The position numbers and the translations under genes were made by a program. Shown here one piece after another: positions 8,784-19,047 of a DNA stretch of 50,661 bases. Below the pieces are notes generated by a model, which saw nothing but the letters and a program-made list of their open reading frames with translations, was not told where the DNA came from and did no database searches. The stretch is from an uncultured Prevotellaceae bacterium (GTDB lineage: Bacteria; Bacteroidota; Bacteroidia; Bacteroidales; UBA3663), in assembly GCA_964495625.1 (NCBI GenBank), contig CAZBWT010000001.1, positions 1 to 50,661 of the forward strand, given 5' to 3'. Every line of letters begins with the position of its first letter. Positions within the stretch are counted from its first letter, which is position 1.

Positions 8784-11279
8784 ATGAGCAATACTTCACA
8801 GAAAGATTTCTTAGAAGATCGACGAAACGAAAGAACAACGATTATGCCGATGTTTTCTGATGCACCTATGGATGTCTGCTTCGAGCCCGAGAAGATGCAG
8901 CCCGGGGGCGAGTTGCCGATTTTGGCTTCGCGCGACTTGGTGCTCTTCCCCGGCATGACGATGCCCTTGTCTGTGGGCAGAGCCAAGTCGCTGAAGGTGG
9001 TGTCGGACGCAGAGAAGCATAAGCACTATATAGGCGTTGTGTTGCAGCGCGACCCCGAGGTGGATGACCCCGGCAAAGATGACCTTTTCACCGTCGGCAC
9101 ATTGGCAGAGGTGGTGAAGATTTTGGAGATGAATGACGGCACCCACAACGTGATCATACAGGGTCGCCGCGTGTTTCATATTGACGAACTTACTGCCACC
9201 ACCCCCACGCTCCAGGCGCGCGTGACGGTGCTCGACGAGCAGATGACGGGGCATAATAAGCGCGAGATGAAGGCTTTGGTGTCGAATCTGAAGGATGCCT
9301 TGAAGCGCATGATGCAGTTTGTGGAAGACTTGCCTCGCGAGATTATCTTCGCGTTTAACAATATTCACGACGACCTGTATATGGTGAACTTCCTCTGCTC
9401 GGTGTTCCCCATGACGTTGCATCGTCGCCAGGTGTTGCTTGAAGAGAGCGATGTCTTTGAGCGCGCCATGCAGCTGAGCCGGGTGGTCAACACGGAGCTG
9501 CAGTTTATGGAGATGAAGTCGGACTTGCTCAAGAAGACGCAAGACGACTTGTCGGAGCAGCAGCGCCAGATGTTCTTGCACACGCAGATGCACACCATTC
9601 AGGAACAGCTCGGCGAGACCGCAGAAGACGACGTGCGCGAGTTGGTGCAGGCTGCCGACACGAAGCATTGGTCAGAAAGCGTGGCTGAGACGTTCGACAA
9701 GGAATTAGTGAAGCTGCAGCGCACCAATGAGCAAAGTCCCGACTATTCGGTGCAGTATAACTATCTGCGCACCATGGTAGACTTGCCGTGGGGGCAGTGC
9801 ACCACCGATAATCTCAACTTAGCGCATGCGCAGCGTGTGCTCGACCGTGAGCATTACGGACTCGAGAAGGTGAAGGAACGCATCTTGGAGCATTTGGCTG
9901 TGTTGAAGTTGCGCGGCGATATGAAGTCGCCCATTCTCTGCTTGTTCGGTCCTCCCGGTGTGGGTAAGACCTCGTTGGGCAAGAGCATCGCCAAGGCTCT
10001 GAAGCGCGAGTATGTGCGCGTGTCATTGGGCGGCCTGCACGACGAGGCTGAGATTCGCGGTCACCGCCGCACGTACATCGGTGCCATGCCCGGTCGCATC
10101 ATCAGCGGCATCTTGAAGGCGGGTTCGGATAACCCCGTGTTCGTGCTCGACGAGATTGATAAGATTGGCAGCGACTTTAAGGGCGACCCGTCGTCGGCGC
10201 TGCTTGAGGTGCTCGACCCGGAGCAGAACGTTAACTTCCACGATAATTATCTCGACGTGGACTACGACCTCTCGAACGTCTTCTTCATTGCCACCGCCAA
10301 CAGCCTCAGCTCTATTGCGCCGCCGTTGTTGGACCGCATGGAGGTGATTGACCTGAGCGGCTACATCATGGAGGAGAAGATTGAGATCGGCTCGCGCCAC
10401 CTCTTGCCCCGCCTAATGAAGGAACATGGTTTGACGGACGTGAAGTTCACCGTGCCCCGCAAGACGATGGAGTGCATCATTGACCGCTACACGCGTGAGT
10501 CGGGTGTGCGCTTGCTTGAGAAGCGTTTGGCTAAGATCATGCGCAAGGTGGCTTGGAAGGTGGCTAACGGCGAGGAAGTGTCGCCGCGACTGCGTCCCGA
10601 AGAGTTGCAGGATTACCTCGGCATGCCTGATTATGACCCTGACAAATATGAGGGCAACGACTACGCCGGCGTTGTGACCGGTTTGGCGTGGACCTCGGTG
10701 GGCGGCGAGATTCTCTATGTGGAGTCGGCACTCTGCAAGGGTAGGGGCGAGAAGTTGCTCCTCACCGGCAATTTGGGCGACGTGATGAAGGAGTCTGCCA
10801 TGTTGGCGCTGCAATATATAAAGAGTAATGCTGACGCGTTGCAGATACCCGAGGCGTTGTTCGACAACTACACGGTGCATATTCACTGCCCCGAGGGAGC
10901 TATACCGAAGGATGGTCCATCAGCCGGCATTACGATGGTGACTTCGCTGGCTTCAACGTTCACGCAGCGCAAGGTGCGTGCCCGCATGGCTATGACGGGC
11001 GAGATTACACTGCGCGGTCGTGTGTTGCCGGTGGGTGGCATCAAAGAGAAGATTTTGGCTGCAAAGCGCGCCGGTGTGACCGACATTGTGCTTTGCATCG
11101 ACAATAAGAAAGACATTGAAGACATTAAGCCGGTCTATTTAGAGGGGCTTTCGTTCCACTACGTGCGCGACATCAGCGAGGTGCTCGACTATGCTTTGCT
11201 CGATGAGCCGGTGAAGAACCCCAAGAAGTTCGTCACCACACCCCCCGCGCCGCAGGCTCCGACTCCGGCTCAGCCTTAA
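8784..11279 (+). CDS. lon: ATP-dependent Lon protease
   Basis: 831 aa. Walker [10 protein letters not shown]. Catalytic Ser in KDGPSAGIT. Lys in [14 protein letters not shown]. Confidence 0.96.
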   Translation: MSNTSQKDFLEDRRNERTTIMPMFSDAPMDVCFEPEKMQPGGELPILASRDLVLFPGMTMPLSVGRAKSLKVVSDAEKHKHYIGVVLQRDPEVDDPGKDDLFTVGTLAEVVKILEMNDGTHNVIIQGRRVFHIDELTATTPTLQARVTVLDEQMTGHNKREMKALVSNLKDALKRMMQFVEDLPREIIFAFNNIHDDLYMVNFLCSVFPMTLHRRQVLLEESDVFERAMQLSRVVNTELQFMEMKSDLLKKTQDDLSEQQRQMFLHTQMHTIQEQLGETAEDDVRELVQAADTKHWSESVAETFDKELVKLQRTNEQSPDYSVQYNYLRTMVDLPWGQCTTDNLNLAHAQRVLDREHYGLEKVKERILEHLAVLKLRGDMKSPILCLFGPPGVGKTSLGKSIAKALKREYVRVSLGGLHDEAEIRGHRRTYIGAMPGRIISGILKAGSDNPVFVLDEIDKIGSDFKGDPSSALLEVLDPEQNVNFHDNYLDVDYDLSNVFFIATANSLSSIAPPLLDRMEVIDLSGYIMEEKIEIGSRHLLPRLMKEHGLTDVKFTVPRKTMECIIDRYTRESGVRLLEKRLAKIMRKVAWKVANGEEVSPRLRPEELQDYLGMPDYDPDKYEGNDYAGVVTGLAWTSVGGEILYVESALCKGRGEKLLLTGNLGDVMKESAMLALQYIKSNADALQIPEALFDNYTVHIHCPEGAIPKDGPSAGITMVTSLASTFTQRKVRARMAMTGEITLRGRVLPVGGIKEKILAAKRAGVTDIVLCIDNKKDIEDIKPVYLEGLSFHYVRDISEVLDYALLDEPVKNPKKFVTTPPAPQAPTPAQP

Positions 11280-11300
11280 GGCTTTCATTCGTTTTTTCCC

Positions 11301-13556
11301 ATGGTACACGATTTAGCAATCCTTATGATAACAGCAGGCATCATCAGCCTGCTGTTTAAGTTCCTCAAGCAGCCTGTGGTGTTGGGCTATATTGTAGCCG
11401 GCATCATGGCAGGTCCGTATGCCTTTGGCGACAGCTGGATAGGCGACATTGAGAGCGTCGACACGTGGGGGCAGGTGGGTGTGATCTTCTTGCTCTTCTC
11501 GCTCGGCTTGGAGTTCAGTTTTAAGAAGCTGATGAAGATGGGCACCACCGCCTTGGTCAGCACGTTGGTCATCGTGACCGGCATGATGACTACTGGCTTC
11601 TTGGTGGGGCAGATGATGGGCTGGAACGACATCAACTCGCTCTTCTTGGGCGGTATGCTTTCCATGTCGTCAACAACCATCGTGTTTAAGGCGCTCGACG
11701 ACTTAGGTTTGCGCCATCAGCAGTTCGCCAAGCTCTGTTTCAGTATTTTGATTGTGGAAGACTTAGTGGCTGTGGTGCTGATGGTGCTGCTTGCCTCAAT
11801 AGCGGTGCACAACACTTTTGAGGGTGGCGAGCTGTTGGTGCAGGTGGGCAAGTTGGGCGCTTACCTCTTGTTCTGGTTCGTGTGTGGAATAGCACTCATC
11901 CCCTCATTCCTGAAGCTCTGTCGCAAGTTCCTCAATGACGAGACGATGACCATCTTGTCGTTGGGGCTGTGTTTGGGCATGGTGTTGCTTGCCGAAGGTG
12001 CCGGCTTTAGCGCTGCCCTCGGTGCCTTCGTGATGGGATCTATACTCGCCGAGACGGTCGAAGCCGAGCGTATTGAGCATCTGATTCAGCCGGTGAAAGA
12101 TGTGTTTGGCGCAATCTTTTTTGTGTCGGTAGGCATGATGATTGACCCGCATCTGTTGGTGCAATACGGCGGTCCGATCTTGCTGCTGACGGCTGTGGTT
12201 ATTGTGGGGCAGATTGTTTTTGCCTCGTTGGGTTGCCTGCTGTCCGGTCAGCCGCTGAAGGTGGCAATGCAAAGCGCCTTCTCGCTCACACAGATAGGTG
12301 AGTTTGCCTTCATCATCGCCAACTTCGGCGAGTCGCTGAACGTCACAGAGTCTTATCTATACCCCATAGTGGTGGCGGTGTCGGTCATCACCACCTTTGT
12401 CACCCCTTACATGATTCGCTTGTCTGAGCCCGCCTATAACTTAGTGGACAAGGTGCTGCCGCCGGCGGTGAAGACGTGGCTCGATCGCTATAGTCGCGGC
12501 CGCAACATCATCACCATGCAGAGCGTATGGCACCGGCTGCTGCGCAAGGTCTTGACCTCGCTGGTCATCTATTTAGTGCTGACGGTGTTTGTGCTCATCC
12601 TTTACTTCCAATATCTTTCGGCTCCGGTTGTGACGTTCGTCTCGATGTGGTTGCCCGAGTGGGTGGGTCGCTTAGCGAGCCTGCTCATCGTGATGGTGTG
12701 CATCACCCCCTTGCTCTTTAAGATGGCGACGAAGCATGCGCGCTGCCCCGAGGCTGTGGAGCTGTGGGATATGGGGCACTATAATCGCGGCTCGTTGGTG
12801 GGGCTGACCTTGTTGCGCATTGTGGTGTGCGCGGCGGTGGTGATATTTGCCATCTCGCACCTCTTCAGGTTGACCTACGGTGTGCTGGTCGGCATCTCGC
12901 TGATGTTTGTATTCGCCATAGTCTATTCTAAGCGGGTGCGCCACAGTTCGTCGCGCCTCGAGAAACGCTTCATGCGCAACCTCACGGCTCGCGAGGCAGC
13001 GCAAGATCGCAACCGCCCCATACGCCGCGAATTTGAGCAGCGTCTGCTCACCTACGACCTCCACTTGGCGGACTTTGAGGTGGCTCCCGACTCTACCTAC
13101 TGCGGGCGCATGCTGATGGATTTGGATCTTCGCCGCCGTTTGGGTCTCACCGTGGTGCGCATCGTGCGCGGAGGCTTCAACGTCAACATCCCCGGCGGAC
13201 GCGAACGCATCTATCCGCACGACCGCATTGTGGTGGCGGGCAGCGACAAGCAGATTGCCGACTTCCAGGAGCTGTTAGCCGGCGCTGAGCGTCACACCGA
13301 GGCGGAACAGCAGTTGGCGGCTCGTGTGCCCGTCACGCTGGAACATTTCTGCGTCTTGCCCGACATGGAGCTGTGTGGACGCACCATCATGGAGAGCCAC
13401 ATACGCGAAGAGGCGCAGTGTTGTGTGATTGGCGTGGAACGTGCGGGTCAGACACTGATGAACCCCGCGCCCGACCTCCGCTTTGAGCCGGACGATGTGG
13501 TTATCTTGGCGGGTGAGTCGCCCCGCATTGCCGCTTTCCTCGAGAAAATACATTAA
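11301..13556 (+). CDS. Cation:proton antiporter (CPA2/Kef-like) with two C-terminal RCK_C (TrkA-C) domains
   Basis: 751 aa. Polytopic N-terminal half. Two TrkA-C-like units (CGRMLMDLDLRRRLGLTVVRIVR..., CGRTIMESHIREEAQCCVIGVER...). Starts 21 nt after the lon stop. Confidence 0.8.
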   Translation: MVHDLAILMITAGIISLLFKFLKQPVVLGYIVAGIMAGPYAFGDSWIGDIESVDTWGQVGVIFLLFSLGLEFSFKKLMKMGTTALVSTLVIVTGMMTTGFLVGQMMGWNDINSLFLGGMLSMSSTTIVFKALDDLGLRHQQFAKLCFSILIVEDLVAVVLMVLLASIAVHNTFEGGELLVQVGKLGAYLLFWFVCGIALIPSFLKLCRKFLNDETMTILSLGLCLGMVLLAEGAGFSAALGAFVMGSILAETVEAERIEHLIQPVKDVFGAIFFVSVGMMIDPHLLVQYGGPILLLTAVVIVGQIVFASLGCLLSGQPLKVAMQSAFSLTQIGEFAFIIANFGESLNVTESYLYPIVVAVSVITTFVTPYMIRLSEPAYNLVDKVLPPAVKTWLDRYSRGRNIITMQSVWHRLLRKVLTSLVIYLVLTVFVLILYFQYLSAPVVTFVSMWLPEWVGRLASLLIVMVCITPLLFKMATKHARCPEAVELWDMGHYNRGSLVGLTLLRIVVCAAVVIFAISHLFRLTYGVLVGISLMFVFAIVYSKRVRHSSSRLEKRFMRNLTAREAAQDRNRPIRREFEQRLLTYDLHLADFEVAPDSTYCGRMLMDLDLRRRLGLTVVRIVRGGFNVNIPGGRERIYPHDRIVVAGSDKQIADFQELLAGAERHTEAEQQLAARVPVTLEHFCVLPDMELCGRTIMESHIREEAQCCVIGVERAGQTLMNPAPDLRFEPDDVVILAGESPRIAAFLEKIH

Positions 13557-13656
13557 GGCGGCGGGGGAGGAGGAATATGCACTCTCCATCCCCCTCGGCG
13601 CATTTACAAGAGCAATACCTAAAGTACGAGAGTACATAAAAGTACGATATATAGAG

Positions 13657-14130
13657 ATGAAACTTCACGTCATATTCACAGGCAAGACCGTGGGTCGCAT
13701 GTTTCAAGAAGCCATAGCCGACTATGCCGGTCGCATCCCTCACTACCTGCCCTTCACCCTCGAAGAGTTGCCCGACTTGCGTAATGCGCGCAACCTGAGC
13801 GAAGATCAGCAAAAAGAGAAAGAGGCTGAGTTGGTGCTCAAGTCGCTCGCGCCGGGCGACGTGCTGATTTTGCTCGATGAGCGTGGGCGAGAATTGACTT
13901 CGCGCGAGTTCTCGGAGTTCATCGAGCAGCGCATGCACACTGTGTCGAAGCGGTTGGTCTTCTTGATTGGTGGTCCCTATGGCTTTGCCCCTAAGATTTA
14001 CGAAGCTGCCCAGGGCAAGATTTCGTTGTCGAAGATGACCTTCTCGCACCAAATGGTGCGCCTCTTTTTGATGGAGCAACTCTATCGCGCCTGCACCATC
14101 ATGAAGGGGGAACCCTATCATCACGACTAA
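13657..14130 (+). CDS. rlmH: 23S rRNA (pseudouridine1915-N3)-methyltransferase RlmH
   Basis: Start moved from 13483 to ATG 13657 (MKLHVIFTGKT...), giving 157 aa. SPOUT-type LVFLIGGPYGF segment. Confidence 0.9.
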   Translation: MKLHVIFTGKTVGRMFQEAIADYAGRIPHYLPFTLEELPDLRNARNLSEDQQKEKEAELVLKSLAPGDVLILLDERGRELTSREFSEFIEQRMHTVSKRLVFLIGGPYGFAPKIYEAAQGKISLSKMTFSHQMVRLFLMEQLYRACTIMKGEPYHHD

Positions 14131-14221
14131 GCTCCGGCGAGGCAAATAGAGCCTCTCTGACGCACTTTAACCGTGAAAAGCCCAGGTTTTAAGAAAGGTC
14201 GAAACGAACACCTGAATTGAA

Positions 14222-14262
14222 AATAGCCCCTTTAAAATGCGAAATAGGGGCTATTGTCGTTC
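14222..14262 (+). terminator. Terminator-like hairpin after rlmH
   Basis: 10-bp stem aatagcccct/aggggctatt with a 14-nt loop. Weak U tract (gtcgttct). Confidence 0.5.
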
Positions 14263-14344
14263 TATAAGCCCTCGAAATTGAGTGATTGTGAGGCACAAAA
14301 CAAAGTTTTTGTTGCAAAAAGGTGAAAACGTAGTGAAAAACAAC

Positions 14345-14352
14345 TATCTTTG
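14345..14352 (+). promoter_or_regulatory. -7 box TATCTTTG (gyrA), implying a ~155-nt leader
   Basis: Exact TAnnTTTG. 161 nt before ATG 14513. Confidence 0.55.
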
Positions 14353-14512
14353 CCCTCAGTACACAGCCGAGTCAGTCGGACAAGAATACAGCCGGGGCAG
14401 TGCGGTAATGGCATAGCCGGGCGGCGAGTTGAAAGACCATGACATAAAGACGGCATCATCTTTTGAACTAAAATCATATATTTATAAAACACATTTAAAA
14501 TATACACATTAA

Positions 14513-17293
14513 ATGGTTGATAGTAATTTAAATCACGACCGTATCATTAAGGTGAATATTGAGGACGAGATGCGTACCTCATACATCAACTACTCGATGT
14601 CGGTCATCGTGGCACGTGCCTTGCCTGATGTGCGTGACGGCTTTAAGCCTGTACATCGCCGCGTGCTCTACGGTATGAATCAAATCGGCAACTGGTCCAA
14701 CAAACCGACGTTGAAGTCGGCGCGTATCGTCGGTGAGGTGCTCGGTAAGTATCACCCCCACGGCGACTCTTCGGTCTACGGAGCCTTGGCTCGTATGGCT
14801 CAAGAGTGGAACTTGCGCTACCCGCAGGTTGATGGTCAGGGTAACTTCGGTTCGATCGATGGTGATTCACCGGCAGCCATGCGTTACACCGAAGCTCGCC
14901 TCTCAAAAATCTCTGAGGAGATGTTGCGTGACATCGAGAAGGACACTGTGGACATGCAGGATAACTTCGACGGTTCGCTCAAAGAACCCACCGTGTTGCC
15001 TACACGCATCCCCACCCTTTTGGTGAACGGTGCCAATGGCATCGCCGTGGGTATGGCAACCAACATGCCGCCCCACAACCTCTCAGAGTGTGTTGACGGC
15101 ATCTGCGCCTATATCGACAATCCGGACATCTCAATCGAGGGATTGATGCAATATATTAAAGCCCCCGACTTCCCCACAGGCGGCATCATCTACGGCTATG
15201 CCGGTGTGAAGGAGGCTTATGAAACGGGTCGCGGTCGCATCGTGATTCGCGCTAAGGCGGAAATCGAGACCGAGGGGCAGCGTGACCGCATCGTCATCAC
15301 CGAGATCCCCTACGGCATCAACAAGGCAGAGCTCATTAAGCACATCGCTACACTTGCCGACGAGAAGAAGATTGAAGGCATCGCCAATGTCAACGATGAG
15401 TCAGACCGTCGCGGTATGCGCATCGTGGTAGACCTCAAGAAGGATGTCAATGCCAACGTCGTCTTGAACAAGCTCTATAAGATGACCGAGTGCCAGAGCG
15501 CCTTCAGCGTGAACAATATCGCCTTGGTGGGTCCCACCAACCAGCAGCGTCCGCAGCTCTTGAACCTCAAGGAACTGATTTATCACTTTGTGAACCATCG
15601 CCACGAGGTGGTGGTGCGCCGCACGAAGTTCGACTTGGCAGAAGCCGAGAAGAAGGCTCACATTTTGGAGGGCTTGATCATCGCCTGCGACAACATCGAA
15701 GAGGTGATTCGCATCATTCGCGCCAGCAAGACTCCGCAAGATGCCATCACGGGCTTGACTTCAGCTTTTGAATTAGACGAAGTGCAGGCACGCGCCATCG
15801 TCGAGATGCGTTTGCGTCAGCTCACCGGTCTGATGCTCGACGAACTCCACGCTAATTATGACGAACTCGAAAAGCAGATTGCCTACTACAAGGAAATCTT
15901 GTCAGACGAGAAACTCTGTATGCAGGTGGTGAAAGACGAGCTCGTGAAGGTGAAAGAAGCTTACGGCGACGAACGCCGCACCGAGATTGTCTACAGCTCA
16001 GAAGAGTTCAACCCCGAAGACTTCTATGCCGACGATGAAATGGTGATCACCATCAGCCACTTGGGCTACATCAAGCGCACACCTTTGGCAGAGTTCCGTG
16101 CTCAACATCGCGGCGGAGTAGGTTCGAAGGGCAGCAACACGCGCGACGAAGACTTCATCGAATATATGTATTCCGCTTCGATGCACAACACCCTGATGTT
16201 CTTCACTCAGAAGGGTCGCTGCTATTGGGCAAAGGTTTATGAGCTGCCTGAAGGTAACAAGACCTCGAAGGGTCGTGCCATACAGAACATGCTCAACATT
16301 GATGCCGACGACAAGGTGACCGCCTTCATCAAGGTGAAGACGCTGACTGATGCCGACTACAATAACTCTCACTACTTGATCTTTGCCACCCGCAACGGTC
16401 TCGTCAAGAAGAGCTCCCTCGCCAACTATGCCCGCCGCCGTGCCAACGGTGTCAATGCCATCACCATCCGTGAGGGCGACCAAGTGGTGGAAGTTGTACT
16501 GACCGACGGCACAGAACACCTCATCTTGGCAAACCGAAACGGTCGCGCCATCTGCTTCCCCGAAACTAAGGTGCGCACCATGGGTCGTATGGCAGCCGGT
16601 GTGCGTGGTCTCCGTCTTGACGACGGCGACGACGCTGTGGTAGGCATGATCACCGTGGAATATCCCGGCATCGACCTCGCCGCCGAAGCTAAGGCACAAG
16701 CCATGCAGAATGCCTTTGCCGACGACGATGCCAAGAAGTCAGAACCCGCTGACTCGCTCTTCTCCGACAACGACTTTGAAGAAGACTCAGCCATCGAAGA
16801 TGAAGCTATCGACGAAGAGGTAACCGCCGAGGGCGAAGAAGACATGCTCACCGAAGCCGGCGAACACTCCATCTTGGTCGTTTCTGAAAACGGCTTCGGC
16901 AAGCGTTCGTCAATCAGCAGCTACCGCATCACCAACCGTGGTGGCAAGGGTGTCAAGACGTTGCAGCTCACCGAGAAGACCGGTCCGTTGGTTGCCATCA
17001 AGAGCGTCACCGACAGCGATGACCTCATGATCATCAACAAGAGCGGCATCGTGATTCGTCTGCACCTCGACGGTCTCAGACTGATGGGGCGTGCCACACA
17101 GGGTGTGAAGCTGATTGACCTCACCAAGAAGAACGACCGCATCGCTTCAGTCTGCAAGGTAGTGTCAGAAGAAGAGGAGAACAAGGTGGCTGAAGAAGCC
17201 GTTCAGGAGGCAGCTGCTCTCGCCCAAGAAGCCTCAAAAACAGAGGCAAAGCCCGAAGGCGCTGACACCCCTGAAGCTCCGTCAGAAGATTGA
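14513..17293 (+). CDS. gyrA: DNA gyrase subunit A
   Basis: 926 aa. [15 protein letters not shown]. Active-site [11 protein letters not shown]-terminal beta-pinwheel repeats (GFGKRSS etc.). Carries an acidic insertion and an acidic tail (see findings). Confidence 0.97.
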   Translation: MVDSNLNHDRIIKVNIEDEMRTSYINYSMSVIVARALPDVRDGFKPVHRRVLYGMNQIGNWSNKPTLKSARIVGEVLGKYHPHGDSSVYGALARMAQEWNLRYPQVDGQGNFGSIDGDSPAAMRYTEARLSKISEEMLRDIEKDTVDMQDNFDGSLKEPTVLPTRIPTLLVNGANGIAVGMATNMPPHNLSECVDGICAYIDNPDISIEGLMQYIKAPDFPTGGIIYGYAGVKEAYETGRGRIVIRAKAEIETEGQRDRIVITEIPYGINKAELIKHIATLADEKKIEGIANVNDESDRRGMRIVVDLKKDVNANVVLNKLYKMTECQSAFSVNNIALVGPTNQQRPQLLNLKELIYHFVNHRHEVVVRRTKFDLAEAEKKAHILEGLIIACDNIEEVIRIIRASKTPQDAITGLTSAFELDEVQARAIVEMRLRQLTGLMLDELHANYDELEKQIAYYKEILSDEKLCMQVVKDELVKVKEAYGDERRTEIVYSSEEFNPEDFYADDEMVITISHLGYIKRTPLAEFRAQHRGGVGSKGSNTRDEDFIEYMYSASMHNTLMFFTQKGRCYWAKVYELPEGNKTSKGRAIQNMLNIDADDKVTAFIKVKTLTDADYNNSHYLIFATRNGLVKKSSLANYARRRANGVNAITIREGDQVVEVVLTDGTEHLILANRNGRAICFPETKVRTMGRMAAGVRGLRLDDGDDAVVGMITVEYPGIDLAAEAKAQAMQNAFADDDAKKSEPADSLFSDNDFEEDSAIEDEAIDEEVTAEGEEDMLTEAGEHSILVVSENGFGKRSSISSYRITNRGGKGVKTLQLTEKTGPLVAIKSVTDSDDLMIINKSGIVIRLHLDGLRLMGRATQGVKLIDLTKKNDRIASVCKVVSEEEENKVAEEAVQEAAALAQEASKTEAKPEGADTPEAPSED

Positions 17294-17318
17294 GTGAAAC
17301 CCCAATAGCACAACGGCA

Positions 17319-17348
17319 GCAGTGGCGTGGCAAATGCCGCGTCACTGC
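17319..17348 (+). terminator. Strong hairpin 25 nt after the gyrA stop, without a U tract
   Basis: gcagtggcgtgg / ccgcgtcactgc, about 12 bp including two G-U pairs. No T run follows, so it may be a processing or attenuation element rather than a full terminator. Confidence 0.3.
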
Positions 17349-17471
17349 GTCAGCCGGACATGCGAAACCGGGGGTAAACAGCTTCGACAACAATCAAACA
17401 ACACAATACAAAATAACGCAACACAAACTTATAACCGGTAACAAAAAACAGTAAACTAATTTTATACCGTT

Positions 17472-18809
17472 ATGAACAAGAAACTTATTTCATCCGCACT
17501 GTTAGCTGCCTGCCTCGTGGCAGGAGCTTACGCCCAGGACCTTGACCCCAAGGCTCTGAAGGCAGCTCAGAAGGAGCTGTCTGCCAACATCAAGAAGGCT
17601 AAGACCGAAGCTACACGCGCCGAGAACCCTGATTTCACCGCCGCTCGTGCCGCTATCACCGAGGCTATGCAGAGCCCCGTGGCAGGTCAGAATGCCGAAC
17701 TCTACTACACCGCAGGTTTGGTGGAGTATAACAACTTCAACTCAGAGCGCAACAAGCCCCAAACCGGTGGCACGTCTGACGAGAAGACCATGTACAACTG
17801 CGCCAAGGCAGCCTACGACTACTTCCTTCAGGCCTACGACTACGACCAGACTCCCGACGCTAAGGGTAAGGTCTCTGCCAAGTATTCGGCAGACATCGTG
17901 AACAACATGACCAACTTGCTTGGCAGTGGTGCGTTCGCCAATGCAGCTATTTACTACTTCAACGTTCCGATTGAAGACTTTGCCAAGGCTTACGACTACT
18001 TCAACCTCTTCCTCGACAGCCAGAAGTTGCCGATGTTCGAGGGCAATGCACAGGCACAAGCCGTTTTGATGCAGCTTGGCAGCGAAGAGACAACCAATCA
18101 GATTGGTTTCTACCGTGCCTACGCAGCCATGAAGATGAAGGACTCACAGAAGACTATCGACGCTTGCCTCTTCATGAAAGATCGAGGCTACGAGACCGAC
18201 AACGTCTATAAGATTCTCTCGAACGAATACATCAACATGGGCGACTCTGCTAAGTTTGAGGCTACCCTCATCGAGGCAGCCAAACTCTTGCCGAATGAGC
18301 CGTACTACAACCAGACGTTGATCAACTACTACCTGGGCACGAAGTCTTACGACAAGGCAATCAGCTACCTCGACAACGCTTTGGCTCTCGACCCCAACAA
18401 CGCTCATTACTATGACTTGAAGGGTCGTCTGCTCGAGACTCAAGAGCAGGAAGATGCTGCCGTAGAGTGCTACAAGAAGGCTATCGAGCTCGATAATCTT
18501 TACGCATCTCCCTATGCCAACCTCGGTCGTATCCTCTTCAACCGCGCCCAGACCAAGGAAGACGAACTCTATAGCAAGAAGCGCTTCGAAGAGGCAGACC
18601 GCGTGTGCGAACCGCTCTACCTCGAGGCAATGCCCTATTTGGAAAAAGGCTTTGACTTGAACCAGGACGAGGTTGACACAAACACCGGTGTGGGTCTTCG
18701 CCAGATCTATTACAAGCTCATGCAGAAGCCCTCTTGCCCCAACAAGGCTGAACTTCGCGAGAAGTACAATGCCGTTAGCGAGCGTTTGGGCATGACCGGC
18801 ATTAAGTAA
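17472..18809 (+). CDS. Secreted TPR-repeat protein, function unknown
   Basis: 445 aa. Signal peptide (VAGAYA|QD). TPR-like repeats in the C-terminal half (AISYLDNALALDPNNAHYYDLKGRLL..., CYKKAIELDNLYASPYANLGRIL). Confidence 0.7.
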   Translation: MNKKLISSALLAACLVAGAYAQDLDPKALKAAQKELSANIKKAKTEATRAENPDFTAARAAITEAMQSPVAGQNAELYYTAGLVEYNNFNSERNKPQTGGTSDEKTMYNCAKAAYDYFLQAYDYDQTPDAKGKVSAKYSADIVNNMTNLLGSGAFANAAIYYFNVPIEDFAKAYDYFNLFLDSQKLPMFEGNAQAQAVLMQLGSEETTNQIGFYRAYAAMKMKDSQKTIDACLFMKDRGYETDNVYKILSNEYINMGDSAKFEATLIEAAKLLPNEPYYNQTLINYYLGTKSYDKAISYLDNALALDPNNAHYYDLKGRLLETQEQEDAAVECYKKAIELDNLYASPYANLGRILFNRAQTKEDELYSKKRFEEADRVCEPLYLEAMPYLEKGFDLNQDEVDTNTGVGLRQIYYKLMQKPSCPNKAELREKYNAVSERLGMTGIK

Positions 18810-18844
18810 TCGTCGGAATTAATAATATCCGGTTCGGAGAAAAC

Positions 18845-18875
18845 TCCGATAGAGGATAAGCTATCCGATAGAGGA
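18845..18875 (+). repeat. 12-bp direct repeat tccgatagagga x2 (19-bp period)
   Basis: Exact copies at 18845-18856 and 18864-18875, in the 3' UTR of the TPR gene. Confidence 0.9.
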
Positions 18876-18879
18876 ATTA

Positions 18880-18984
18880 AATAATGCTCCTCCCGATGTG
18901 GACAATCACGTCTGCATCGGGAGGAGTTTTTTTTCATGACTTCATCACTTGTCATATCGGATGACATGTGCTGAAGTTCAGCAC
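18880..18984 (-). ncRNA. Candidate ~100-nt sRNA (orphan -7 box to bidirectional terminator)
   Basis: Predicted start is a few nt past the box at 18989-18996. The transcript would fold into three hairpins (palindrome 18966-18986, tgtcat/atgaca 18950-18966, terminator 18887-18926). There is no expression or conservation evidence. Confidence 0.25.
18887..18934. terminator. Bidirectional rho-independent terminator
   Basis: 12-bp stem ctcctcccgatg/catcgggaggag. T8 follows on the plus strand. The minus-strand reading is followed by cattatttaatt. Confidence 0.85.
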
Positions 18985-18986
18985 AT
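18966..18986. repeat. 21-bp perfect palindrome atgtgctgaa-g-ttcagcacat
   Basis: 10-bp arms with one central base. Sits directly beside the orphan minus-strand -7 box. Confidence 0.9.
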
Positions 18987-18988
18987 TA

Positions 18989-18996
18989 CAAAGTTA
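18989..18996 (-). promoter_or_regulatory. Orphan -7 box TAACTTTG pointing left
   Basis: Plus strand reads caaagtta. Same octamer as at 21629 and 21827. No CDS downstream on this strand. Confidence 0.4.
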
Positions 18997-19034
18997 AAAC
19001 AACCGTTTAGGGTGACACAACTGCTTCTTTTGCG

Positions 19035-19042
19035 TACCTTTG
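19035..19042 (+). promoter_or_regulatory. Orphan -7 box TACCTTTG pointing right
   Basis: Exact TAnnTTTG. No credible CDS before the convergent gene end at 19671. Confidence 0.4.
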
Positions 19043-19047
19043 CAGCA

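Noticed and set aside
8811-9668. 285-aa antisense ORF in lon. Similar long antisense ORFs lie at 5971-6642 (xerD), 13501-14145 (rlmH), 15998-16699 (gyrA), 26885-27571 (barrel gene), 28950-29726 (M16) and 34793-35683 (ntpI).
   Set aside because: The ones I checked (lon, M16, ntpI) are codon-aligned with the annotated gene. Their compositions are typical of reverse-translated GC3-rich genes. Each overlaps a gene with strong motif support.
18710-18967. 85-aa minus-strand ORF starting in the palindrome region and running antisense into the 3' end of the TPR gene.
   Set aside because: It would have to read through the strong terminator hairpin at 18887-18926 and overlaps a well-supported gene. 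It has no motifs.
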